This document shows positions 7,887 to 16,377 of a stretch of 32,000 nucleotides of DNA, piece after piece. The stretch is from Erysipelothrix larvae (GTDB taxonomy: Bacteria; Bacillota_I; Bacilli_A; Erysipelotrichales; Erysipelotrichaceae), in NCBI RefSeq assembly GCF_001545095.1, contig NZ_CP013213.1, positions 1,620,001-1,652,000 on the forward strand. The letters run 5' to 3'. The number at the start of each line of letters is the position of its first letter. The first letter of the stretch is position 1. The notes below the pieces were generated by a model, which searched no databases, had not been told where the DNA came from, and saw only the letters and a program-made list of their open reading frames with translations. The position numbers were made by a program, and so were the translations under genes.

Positions 7887-8708
7887 CTAGTTTAGAATGT
7901 ATTGTGCTACAAAATCAGCAAACCCATCTTCTTCGTTGGTAAGTTGAGTAATGTAGTCGGCGATTGCTTTTGTATCATCCGTTCCATTTTTTAAACACAC
8001 TCCAATACCACTGGCTTCTAGCATATCGTTGTCATTCGATGTATCTCCAAAGGCAGCAACGTGTTCGATTGCAATCCCGCGCATCTCGCAAAATTTATGC
8101 AGTGCATAAGCTTTTGAGACTTTTCGATTAGCAAACTCAATCAGTGTTGGTTGTGTTTTGAATGCTTTATAGTGTTCAAGATTCAAGGCTTCAAAGTGTG
8201 CTTCAACTTCTGCCATTTTGTTTTCATCCAGTCTAAACATGACTTTTCCATTATCTTCTTCATACAGTTCAGAAATATCTTCGACAACAATCACATCTTT
8301 ATGAGCATGTTGAGCAGACTTACTGATTTGTAAATTATCCTCAACACATTTAATCACACCGTGTGAATAAATATATGGTTCTTGACTGAATGGTTTCATG
8401 AGATCAATGATTTCCTTGATCCATTCTTTTTTTAAAATGTAGTAATCGTATTGTTTTTGTGTTTGTAAATCAAAGAGTTCTGCTCCGTTCATGCCGATAT
8501 AGCAATCTGCTTCAAATCCTAAATCCCAATTGTGAACCGTTCTTGATACCTCATCAACGGGTCTTCCTGAGGCAATACCAAATAAAATCCCCTGCTTATT
8601 CATTGCTTGGAGTATTTCCTTTGTTTTCGGGGTTAAATCACGTGCTTCATTAACGATTGTTCCGTCAATATCAGCAATTATAAACTTTACTTCTGTGAGT
8701 CGTTCCAT
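7887..8708 (-). CDS. Cof-type HAD-IIB family hydrolase (sugar phosphatase-like)
   Basis: HAD motif I is FIIADIDGT. Motifs III/IV are GDTSNDNDMLEASG. I place the start at ATG 8708 (MERLTEVK, with AAAGGA upstream) rather than the longer track ORF that runs to 8771. Confidence 0.8.
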   Translation of the reverse strand: MERLTEVKFIIADIDGTIVNEARDLTPKTKEILQAMNKQGILFGIASGRPVDEVSRTVHNWDLGFEADCYIGMNGAELFDLQTQKQYDYYILKKEWIKEIIDLMKPFSQEPYIYSHGVIKCVEDNLQISKSAQHAHKDVIVVEDISELYEEDNGKVMFRLDENKMAEVEAHFEALNLEHYKAFKTQPTLIEFANRKVSKAYALHKFCEMRGIAIEHVAAFGDTSNDNDMLEASGIGVCLKNGTDDTKAIADYITQLTNEEDGFADFVAQYILN

Positions 8709-8928
8709 CAACTTAAATCCTTTCTTGCGTGTCTTTATTGTCTTTATTTTACCACATTCAAAACAAATCAAAGATTATCTGAAAATAAGTATCATCACGA
8801 ATCAAAAGTTGGTGGATTTTATGGGTTTTTACCTTTCGAATTTGTATAAAAACCGTCTATATCAAAAAGAAATCAGCAAAATATGGTATTAATTTTCATG
8901 GTAATCTCAAATGAAGACCGTGTGTTTA

Positions 8929-9705
8929 TTAGATAAGATTATGGTTCATACAGTATTGGTAAATACCCTCTTGATCGACCGGTTCACATACATCATCTGC
9001 GATGGCTTTAACATTATCCGTAGCATTACCCATCGCAACACCGACCCCAACTGCTTGGAGCATTTCTACATCGTTGGTACCATCACCAAAGGCCATTGAT
9101 TCCTGGGTTGTTAGGTTAAAATAGTTCAATATTTCGCGAACACCCACTGCTTTACTGCCACCCTTAGGAATGACATCTACTGCACAATCCCACCATGCAG
9201 TAATTTGAGCTCCCTCTACGTCTTTGAGTAAATCATCGTATTGGTGTGGATCTAGTCCTAACATAATTTGATAGATGTCTTCTTGGATCATTGCATCAAA
9301 ATCCTCAGCGATATCAACGGTTTGTTCTGATATTGCATAGTAGTCAATCAGCGCTTGGTCACGGCCATTTGCTCCACTTTTATGGATAGTCGCAACTGAA
9401 ACGGGGCGATTAATTGCCTGAGCATTCTCTACAATTTTTAAAACATCTGTTTTTGGAATGGGTTGATGGTATATGATGTCAGTTTCTGTTGAACAATATG
9501 ACCCATTGAACGTGAGATAAGCATCAAATTGGATATTATCAAAACGTGGTACTTTAGATAACGGTCTTCCCGTTGCGATGCATAGTTTGATTCCATTGGC
9601 TTGAAGTTTTAATAGTGCCTCTTCTGTTTTTGGTGACATTGTTTTTGTATGGATGTCGATTAATGTCCCATCGACATCAAAAAAGATAATTTTTATGTTC
9701 TGCAT
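8929..9705 (-). CDS. Cof-type HAD-IIB family hydrolase
   Basis: 258-aa ORF with the motifs IFFDVDGTL, ATGRP and GDGTNDVEMLQAVG. Confidence 0.85.
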   Translation of the reverse strand: MQNIKIIFFDVDGTLIDIHTKTMSPKTEEALLKLQANGIKLCIATGRPLSKVPRFDNIQFDAYLTFNGSYCSTETDIIYHQPIPKTDVLKIVENAQAINRPVSVATIHKSGANGRDQALIDYYAISEQTVDIAEDFDAMIQEDIYQIMLGLDPHQYDDLLKDVEGAQITAWWDCAVDVIPKGGSKAVGVREILNYFNLTTQESMAFGDGTNDVEMLQAVGVGVAMGNATDNVKAIADDVCEPVDQEGIYQYCMNHNLI

Positions 9706-9757
9706 AATACCCTGTACACATATATTAATCCATGTGTCCTTTCATTTATCCATTATA

Positions 9758-10612
9758 TCATTGTTGCATGCAATATTTTTTAATCGCTTCAACTTGGTCC
9801 ATTGTTTCAGTGTAACCAACGTCATAGAGTGCTTTAAGTTTTTGATTGTTGGTTTCAAACCGAGATACTTCAACGGGTTTTGAAGGTGCAATGATATACA
9901 CATCATCATGAGCTTGATCATTTTTGAGTTTATCACGAACCGTATTATATGCTTGATAGCGTGAGTTTATGGTATCCATCAGGTGTGGGTATCCATGATA
10001 AAAAAGTTTCGTGATGGCTTTCTCTGCGTGTGATGGTGCTTTCTTATGATAGGTTTCATCTTGTGTAAGCACCACAACAATGCGATCATACCCCAGTTCG
10101 CGCGCTCTGATGTAAGGAATTGGATCACCAATTCCGCCGTCTAAATAAAGATGATTTCCAATTGGAACCATCTTAGATAGATAAGGGACACTTGCAGTTG
10201 CGACAATACGATCAAATGCTTCGCGTGTTGGCTTCGCATGATATTCTGGCTTGCCTGTGTGTGTATTTGTAATGACACAATCAAACTGTGCATCACTGGT
10301 AATATATGCATCATAATCGAGTGGATATTTTGCTTCAACTGCTTGACTCATGAGAAATCCAATATTGAAGTATGACTTGTTTTTTAATAGACTTGAAAAG
10401 CCTCGGTATCGTTTATCATGGAGAAATTCTTGATTTAAACGTACCGTTCGACCGTGTTGTTTTGAAAGATAACTGATGGCACATAATGCACCACCTGATA
10501 CACCACATACATAATCAAACTCAATATTTGCTTCAAGGAGCGCATCTAAAACGCCCATTGTATAAAAGGTTCTCAGTGCACCACCTTCAAGCACTAATGC
10601 TGTTTTACTCAT
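9758..10612 (-). CDS. Patatin-like phospholipase family protein
   Basis: 284-aa ORF with an oxyanion-hole motif LEGGALRT, a nucleophile-elbow motif G-V-S-G-G and the catalytic Asp motif LDGGIGD. SD GGAG lies 5 nt upstream. Confidence 0.85.
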   Translation of the reverse strand: MSKTALVLEGGALRTFYTMGVLDALLEANIEFDYVCGVSGGALCAISYLSKQHGRTVRLNQEFLHDKRYRGFSSLLKNKSYFNIGFLMSQAVEAKYPLDYDAYITSDAQFDCVITNTHTGKPEYHAKPTREAFDRIVATASVPYLSKMVPIGNHLYLDGGIGDPIPYIRARELGYDRIVVVLTQDETYHKKAPSHAEKAITKLFYHGYPHLMDTINSRYQAYNTVRDKLKNDQAHDDVYIIAPSKPVEVSRFETNNQKLKALYDVGYTETMDQVEAIKKYCMQQ

Positions 10613-10672
10613 AGTTTCTCCATCTAAATTCTTTGTTTATATCCATTATTATACCATGCATACAGCATTCTT

Positions 10673-11872
10673 TTATGCGTTATTGTTTAGCCAATTGAGT
10701 GCTGTTTGAGTATAGGTGAGAATTCCATACGCAATGGCATCTTCATCAAGGGTTACGGATGGATGGTGTAATGGATAATCGTTTTCAGTGCGGGCATCAC
10801 TTGCGACAATCATGACACTTGTTACTGGGATTTCATGACTGATATAAGCGAAATCTTCAGATCCCATCACGGGGATTTCTGGACGCTGTGGTGCGATGAC
10901 CCCTGTATCACCTACGATGGGTTTTAGGGCTTGATACGCACAATCACTGACAACCTTGGATGATTTGAGATAAGGTGCTCCGACTGGGAATGTAATTTCT
11001 GCTGTGCATCGGTATGCTTTCGCAATATGGTCTGCAATTTCAACGATCCGTTCTTTGATAAAGGATCTATGTTTTTCATTATAGGTTCGAATGGTTCCTC
11101 CCAAGGTTACATCATCATTGATGACATTGGATGTTTGAGGGCCATTTAGTGCACCGACAGTAAGTGAGACCAGTGCATTGGGTGGAAGTTCACGTGATTG
11201 GATGGTTTGAAGTGTTTGCAGGATTGCGGTTGCGGGAAGGAGTGGGTCCATCCCTAAATAAGGAGATGATCCATGGCCACCTTTGCCTTGAATTTTTATA
11301 TCAAACCAATCCACCGATGCCATACAAGGACCATGTGGCATGAACACAAGGGTTCCAATATCTAGTGGAACACCCGTCATTACATGAACCATCATGCCTG
11401 CATCCGGTGTTGGATTTTGAAGCACGCCATGTTCAATCATATCTTTTGCGCCTTGCATTGTTTCTTCACCAGGTTGGAACATGAGTTTAATGGTTCCATT
11501 GATTTCATCCTCATGATTTTTAAAGTATTGTGCTGCACCTAAAAGCATGGTTGTATGCATATCATGACCACATGCATGCATGCGTCCGTCAATCTTCGAC
11601 TTAAATTCCAAGTTTGTATTTTCTATAATCGGTAAAGCATCCATATCTGCACGCAGTAAAAATACGGGAGTTTTTTTATTTCCAATGGTTGTACAGAGTC
11701 CCGCATGTCCAATGTGTGTGACATCATAACCCATTTCAGTGAGTTTTTGTGCGACATAATCACGTGTGTTTAAACACTCAAGACCTAATTCAGGGTTTTC
11801 GTGAAGATGTCTTCGACATGGTATTAACGTTTTCGCAATTTCCTTTACTTCATTCATTATGATTGTATTCAT
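10673..11872 (-). CDS. M20D-family amidohydrolase (N-acyl-amino-acid / hippurate hydrolase-like)
   Basis: 399-aa ORF with the motifs LRADMDALP, HACGHD and FQPGEE, typical of M20 aminoacylases. No clear SD precedes either candidate ATG. Confidence 0.85.
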   Translation of the reverse strand: MNTIIMNEVKEIAKTLIPCRRHLHENPELGLECLNTRDYVAQKLTEMGYDVTHIGHAGLCTTIGNKKTPVFLLRADMDALPIIENTNLEFKSKIDGRMHACGHDMHTTMLLGAAQYFKNHEDEINGTIKLMFQPGEETMQGAKDMIEHGVLQNPTPDAGMMVHVMTGVPLDIGTLVFMPHGPCMASVDWFDIKIQGKGGHGSSPYLGMDPLLPATAILQTLQTIQSRELPPNALVSLTVGALNGPQTSNVINDDVTLGGTIRTYNEKHRSFIKERIVEIADHIAKAYRCTAEITFPVGAPYLKSSKVVSDCAYQALKPIVGDTGVIAPQRPEIPVMGSEDFAYISHEIPVTSVMIVASDARTENDYPLHHPSVTLDEDAIAYGILTYTQTALNWLNNNA

Positions 11873-12279
11873 ATGTTTTGTGTATATAAATGTGGTTTAT
11901 TGCTTTTATATACATCCCCTTTCTATGGTATTATTTTATCATTTATTGGTCGTTAGGATTTTGTATTTTTTTTATTGATTGTTGCATAAATAATATATGA
12001 ACGTGCTATTTTGGCCGTTTTTATTGATGGAAATCTTTTCTGAAATGTTGCCATTTATTATTTCCATTGAACATAAGAACAAATATATGCTACTATTTAT
12101 TTAAAGGTGAACACGTTAATCTATTTAAAACGTGCATATATCACCACTATTATAGGATAGCATTTAAAAATAACTGATATTTCAATGATTCATATTGTTC
12201 TCATACCACAGTTTAAACACATGAAATATTCAGTGTTTAAGCGTGATGATTTATTTAATATTTTTTAAGGGGGGACGCT

Positions 12280-13080
12280 ATGCCTGGTTTCATTTATAAG
12301 CTTCAAAATGTTTTACTTACGTCTGCGAATATCAGCAATTCTGATTCGCAAATTGCTCGTCTGATTCTACAAAATCCACAGCTTGCGCATAAAAATGTAA
12401 CACTAAATGAACTTGCGAAAGCGTGTTATACATCAGTATCCAGTATCAGTCGTTTTGCGACCAATCTTGGTTATGATAGTTTCAATGATATGAAAGCAGA
12501 TTTTACCGGTATTGAATCGGAGTATTATGAACTTCAAATCGATAATTCATTCTTACAAAATCATTCCGTAAAGGAGTATAAAGCACGGATTATTCATTCT
12601 TTTGATTCAATGAACGAGATTGATTTAAAAAAACATGCGACATGGCTTGCGGAATTCATTTACGAATATGACACAATCTTTTTGTTTGCGACACATATTA
12701 CCAGTAATCTCGTAACGATTCTTCACCGGGCTGTTTTGGCTACGGGTAAGTATATTGAATTTGTGCAAGATAAACACAGCCAAATGCTTTTGGCTGAAAA
12801 AGCGTCACCATCCGATGCGTTTATCATTGTTTCTCTTGACGGTACTTTAGCAATGGCACAGGAAATCATCATCCCAATTATCATTTCTAAAGCGAAACGC
12901 ATTCTTATAACACAAAACATTAATTTAAAGTTCTCGGATAATTTCGACTTTATTATTCCACTTGGGACGAAGTCGGATAACTTTACTGCAAAGTATAAGT
13001 TAATGTTATTTATTGATTATTTTATATCTGTGTATTTTGAATATGCGAATGCTCAAAAAAATATCAGTGAGCATAAATAA
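12280..13080 (+). CDS. MurR/RpiR-family transcriptional regulator (HTH_6 + SIS domain)
   Basis: 266-aa ORF with an N-terminal HTH (LNELAKACYTSVSSISRFATNLGYDSFNDMK) and a C-terminal half of SIS-like length. SD AAGGGGGG lies 5 nt upstream. Confidence 0.85.
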   Translation: MPGFIYKLQNVLLTSANISNSDSQIARLILQNPQLAHKNVTLNELAKACYTSVSSISRFATNLGYDSFNDMKADFTGIESEYYELQIDNSFLQNHSVKEYKARIIHSFDSMNEIDLKKHATWLAEFIYEYDTIFLFATHITSNLVTILHRAVLATGKYIEFVQDKHSQMLLAEKASPSDAFIIVSLDGTLAMAQEIIIPIIISKAKRILITQNINLKFSDNFDFIIPLGTKSDNFTAKYKLMLFIDYFISVYFEYANAQKNISEHK

Positions 13081-13130
13081 AAACGCGTCATGATGCTTAC
13101 GTTTTGGATCATGACGCTTCTTATTATTTT
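13076..13130. terminator. Bidirectional terminator between convergent rpiR-like and GH1 genes
   Basis: A perfect 10-bp stem, GCGTCATGAT (13085-13094) with ATCATGACGC (13108-13117), has an A-rich 5' flank and a T-rich 3' flank. Confidence 0.6.
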
Positions 13131-14515
13131 GATTGATTTTCAATGAATGATTTAAACCAAACACTGCTTTTTTTGGGTGTTCTTTTTTGAGTATCGAGAT
13201 CAAGACTGATAAATCCATACCGATTTGTATAGCCATTAAGCCATGACCAACAATCCACAAAGGTCCATAAATGATATCCAAAGCAGTTGGATCCTTCTTG
13301 GATTCCACGATGAAGGACTTCAAGATGTTCTTGAATAAACTCAATGCGGTAATCATCTTGGATCATCCCAGCATCATCTTTAAATCGCGCTTCGTCTGCG
13401 ACCCCCATGCCATTTTCAGATACATACCAAGGAATGTTTTGATAGTCATGTTTTAACATCATTGCGATATCGTATAAAGCTTCTGGGAAGATTTCCCAGC
13501 CACGATAAGGATTCATACGACGGTTTTCCCAAACAAATGGTACAAACAAATCATCCAGTGTTTGCATTGGAACGCGGGCTGTTTTTTGCGGTGCTTGAAC
13601 ACGCATTGGTTGGTAATAATTCACACCCAGAAATTCTGCTGTATTGGTTTTAATGATGTCCAAATCAGCCACATCTGTCTCAATGAGTAGTTCATGTGTC
13701 TTAAGCAGGTCAATGAGCTCTTGGGGAAAGATTCCTTTGACCATTGGGTCTAAGAATGAACGAACAATCAACAAGTGTGCTTTTTGACTTGCGATGACAT
13801 CTTTTTCTTGGTTTGAACCACTGTATACAGGGGTTAAATTGAGCACGGTTCCTACTTTAATATCATTACGTACACCTTTCATTGCTCGAATTGCTTTTGC
13901 ATGGGCTAAAATTGTATGATAGCCTGAAACAACCGCTTTACGAAGATCGTGAATTGCTGGATAGTGGTGTCCAGAAATATAACTGCACTCAACATGTACA
14001 AGTGGTTCATTAAAGGTTACCCAATGTTTTACCAGATCCCCAAAATGAAGGATGCATTGTCTTGCATATTCTTCAAAGTAAGTGGTAATTTGTGGATTGG
14101 TCCAGCCCCCTTTTTCCATCATCCACCATGGCATATCAAAGTGAAAAAGGTTGATGGTCGGTTCTATCCCATGTTCAATCAAAGTTTTAAAGTAATCACG
14201 ATAAAATTGAACGGCTTCTTCGTTCACTGTTATACCATCGGGCATGAGTCTTGTCCAAGATATGGACGTGCGATATGAATTCAGATGCATGTCCTTCATT
14301 AATTGAATGTCTTCTTTATAACAGTTATATACATTTGATGTAGTTTCTGGCCCTACACCTGAGAATTTCTCAGGTTCAAGCTCAAACCATCGATCCCATG
14401 TGCTTTGTGATTTACCATGCGATGAGCTTTCGCCTTCTGTTTGAGGGGCTGATGCAGCTGTGCCCCACCAAAAGTTTTCAGGAAAGCGCAGTGTTTCAAA
14501 GGGTTTATGTGTCAT
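13124..14515 (-). CDS. GH1-family (6-phospho-)beta-glycosidase
   Basis: 463-aa ORF with FPENFWWGTAASAPQTEG, the acid/base motif TFNEP and the nucleophile motif VSENGMG. The C-terminal motif is SWLNGYTNRYG. SD GGAG lies 7 nt upstream. Confidence 0.9.
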   Translation of the reverse strand: MTHKPFETLRFPENFWWGTAASAPQTEGESSSHGKSQSTWDRWFELEPEKFSGVGPETTSNVYNCYKEDIQLMKDMHLNSYRTSISWTRLMPDGITVNEEAVQFYRDYFKTLIEHGIEPTINLFHFDMPWWMMEKGGWTNPQITTYFEEYARQCILHFGDLVKHWVTFNEPLVHVECSYISGHHYPAIHDLRKAVVSGYHTILAHAKAIRAMKGVRNDIKVGTVLNLTPVYSGSNQEKDVIASQKAHLLIVRSFLDPMVKGIFPQELIDLLKTHELLIETDVADLDIIKTNTAEFLGVNYYQPMRVQAPQKTARVPMQTLDDLFVPFVWENRRMNPYRGWEIFPEALYDIAMMLKHDYQNIPWYVSENGMGVADEARFKDDAGMIQDDYRIEFIQEHLEVLHRGIQEGSNCFGYHLWTFVDCWSWLNGYTNRYGFISLDLDTQKRTPKKSSVWFKSFIENQSK

Positions 14516-14580
14516 TGATATACTCCAATCTTTTGGTTGTCACATTCATTATATTTGATTTGAATCAATCTTAAAAGGCT

Positions 14581-14619
14581 AAAAAGTAAAAGGGGCACAT
14601 TCACACGTGAACACACCCC
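14581..14619 (-). terminator. Intercistronic hairpin + U-tract (possible attenuator between the EIIC and GH1 genes)
   Basis: The minus-strand RNA reads GGGG-UGUG-UUCAC-GU-GUGAA-UGUG-CCCC followed by UUUUACUUUUU. It starts 17 nt after the EIIC stop. The middle of the stem depends on G.U pairs. Confidence 0.4.
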
Positions 14620-14635
14620 AATTGATAAGACAGGT

Positions 14636-15916
14636 TTAATTGTTTGAAGCTTCTTGTTCGATTTCCAACATATCTTGTTTATTTGCAACATATACAAATG
14701 GAAGATAGATACAAATCATCACAACTAAGTTAAATGCAGCGAGTAATCCGCCTCTCCAACTTGCAGTAGCAAGTAGCCCACCGATAACTGGCGGTGTTAC
14801 CCAAGCAGTTACAACGGTACATACAGGTACAAGTCCTGAAGATGTTGCGAAGTATGCAATTGCAGCAAGAACAACTGGTCCAAATACATAAGGAATAAAG
14901 TAAATTGGATTTAAGACAATTGGAAGTCCAAATGTAAGGGGTTCGTTGATATTAAAGATACCAGGACCAATACTTAAACTTGCCATCGTCATCATCTTCT
15001 TATTCTTACGTCCAATGATAAACATTGCGATGAGTAAGGCGATTGTTGCGCCTGTACCACCCATATTTACAAATGAATCAAAGAATGGTTTATTTACAAT
15101 ATTTTCTGCTGCTTTTCCAGCTGCGATTGCGGCGTTATTTGCTTCAATTGCTGGAGCATTAATCAATTGCATCACTGGGTCGATCATATTCGCACCGTGA
15201 ATACCAAAGAACCAAAGGAATGTTGGTACAACTGCTAGAATCAATGCAGCAGGTAGTGTTGAAGATAATCCCATGAATGGTTTTTGGAAGTTTTCATAGA
15301 ATACTTCGACTACATTTGGAATTCCAACTCTTACAAGAATTGTTGTGATAAGACCAACTGCAACGATAACAAGCATCATTGGTATCATACTGTTAAATGA
15401 AGAAGCAACGCCTGCTGGAACACCCTCTGGCATAGTAATCTTCAACTTATCAATACTGCTGAGTACTTTGAGTAATTCAACAGAAAGTAATGCAACAATA
15501 ATTGCGATAAATAGACCACTTGAACTTACACCAGCCATACCACCAATTGTTGCGAATGAAGCAAGTGAGGTAGCACCCGCTGTTTTCCCATTCATTCCAT
15601 ATGAAGTGCCTAGGTTATCACCAATTAGATATGCCATAAAGAGTGACATAATTCCAAAGGTTCCGTTCCAAACATTTCCGCCAAGATTTTTCCAAATATG
15701 AGACCCATCTTCGAGTGTATATGCGAAGATGCTATTCATAAGGTTTTGGAATGCTTCAATTGGTAAATTATTAATTGCTACAACGAGCGCTCCGATAATC
15801 ATCAGTGGCATTATGGTCGTGAAGGCATCTCTTATGGCAAGCAAATGTCTTTGATTTCCTACCTTGTTCGCGATTGGAAGTAATGCATCTCCCATTTTAT
15901 CCATAAAACTATTCAT
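14636..15916 (-). CDS. PTS EIIC component, lactose/cellobiose (Lac) family
   Basis: 426-aa polytopic ORF. The N-terminus MDKMGDALLPIANKVGNQRHLLAIRDAF is typical of CelB/LicC-type EIIC. SD AAGGAGAAAAAGGAG lies upstream. Confidence 0.9.
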   Translation of the reverse strand: MNSFMDKMGDALLPIANKVGNQRHLLAIRDAFTTIMPLMIIGALVVAINNLPIEAFQNLMNSIFAYTLEDGSHIWKNLGGNVWNGTFGIMSLFMAYLIGDNLGTSYGMNGKTAGATSLASFATIGGMAGVSSSGLFIAIIVALLSVELLKVLSSIDKLKITMPEGVPAGVASSFNSMIPMMLVIVAVGLITTILVRVGIPNVVEVFYENFQKPFMGLSSTLPAALILAVVPTFLWFFGIHGANMIDPVMQLINAPAIEANNAAIAAGKAAENIVNKPFFDSFVNMGGTGATIALLIAMFIIGRKNKKMMTMASLSIGPGIFNINEPLTFGLPIVLNPIYFIPYVFGPVVLAAIAYFATSSGLVPVCTVVTAWVTPPVIGGLLATASWRGGLLAAFNLVVMICIYLPFVYVANKQDMLEIEQEASNN

Positions 15917-16048
15917 ATTCTTTCTCCTTTTTCTCCTTAATAAGACTTCTCAATTCTTATTTTTGATTTCAATATATGCACATTTACCTACCCCCTTTTG
16001 TGTGCACTATATCGCTTACATACATATGGTATCTTTTTTATCCAATTG

Positions 16049-16063
16049 ATGGCAACGTTTACA
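16049..16063. promoter_or_regulatory. Candidate cre (CcpA) site upstream of the EIIC-GH1 operon
   Basis: ATGGCAACGTTTACA has one mismatch (position 5) to the cre consensus WTGNAANCGNWNNCW. It lies about 135 nt upstream of the EIIC ATG. A second, weaker half-overlapping copy (ACAAGCGTTTAAA) follows. Confidence 0.3.
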
Positions 16064-16377
16064 AGCGTTTAAACTCGAAACATATTCCGCATTATGATAA
16101 ATTTTCCAAATTTTGAAATATAGGTAATTTTTTTACATATCAACATATATTAAACCTGCGCATTCTACCCAAGCAATCCTATAACCTAAAAGAATAATCC
16201 AAATAGACGCTTGCACGGACATAGGTCTATTAAGATCACTATGGATATCCCGCATTGGGTATGATGGTTTATCCAGTAATTTAATGACCATCTTTAATTT
16301 CATAAATCTTTCGATTATAATATTATCAAGGACACATTGCATGGTGTGATTTTTGTGGGGAATATAAGGAGAGATTG

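Noticed and set aside
8709-8771. 21-aa N-terminal extension (MICFECGKIKTIKTRKKGFKL) of the first HAD ORF, and the 4-aa extension of nox (24647-24658)
   Set aside because: The internal ATGs (8708 and 24646) have better-placed SD sequences and give canonical family N-termini. The extensions are probably artefacts of taking the longest ORF.
9758-10612. Patatin-like phospholipase as a possible defence effector (CBASS CapV-like)
   Set aside because: No cyclase, nucleotide-sensor or other defence-type partner gene is nearby. The neighbours are HAD phosphatases and an M20 amidohydrolase in the same orientation, so a metabolic or housekeeping lipase is more likely.
11850-11915. 21-codon upstream ORF (MYIKAINHIYIHKTYEYNHNE) overlapping the start of the M20 gene; possible leader peptide
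   Set aside because: The only purine-rich stretch (AAAGGGG) directly abuts its ATG, so the spacing is about 0-2 nt. No attenuator structure follows, and short ORFs like this arise by chance in AT-rich DNA.
13949-14278. 109-aa plus-strand ORF inside the GH1 gene. Similar cases are 20602-20907 in the adhesin gene and the several 60-90-aa ORFs inside mutS2 and uvrC.
   Set aside because: These are shadow ORFs opposite strongly supported genes, with no start context.
15345-15701. 118-aa plus-strand ORF antisense to the PTS EIIC gene (and an 84-aa one at 14946-15200)
   Set aside because: Same reasoning: these are shadow ORFs of a membrane-protein gene, with no ribosome-binding site and no recognisable motifs.
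16133-16342. 69-aa minus-strand ORF in the EIIC/yxjI intergenic region, which looks less AT-rich than typical spacers
   Set aside because: No SD precedes its ATG, and I recognised no family motifs. All plus-strand frames are closed. It could be a gene remnant or simply promoter DNA, and I cannot support a call without a database search.
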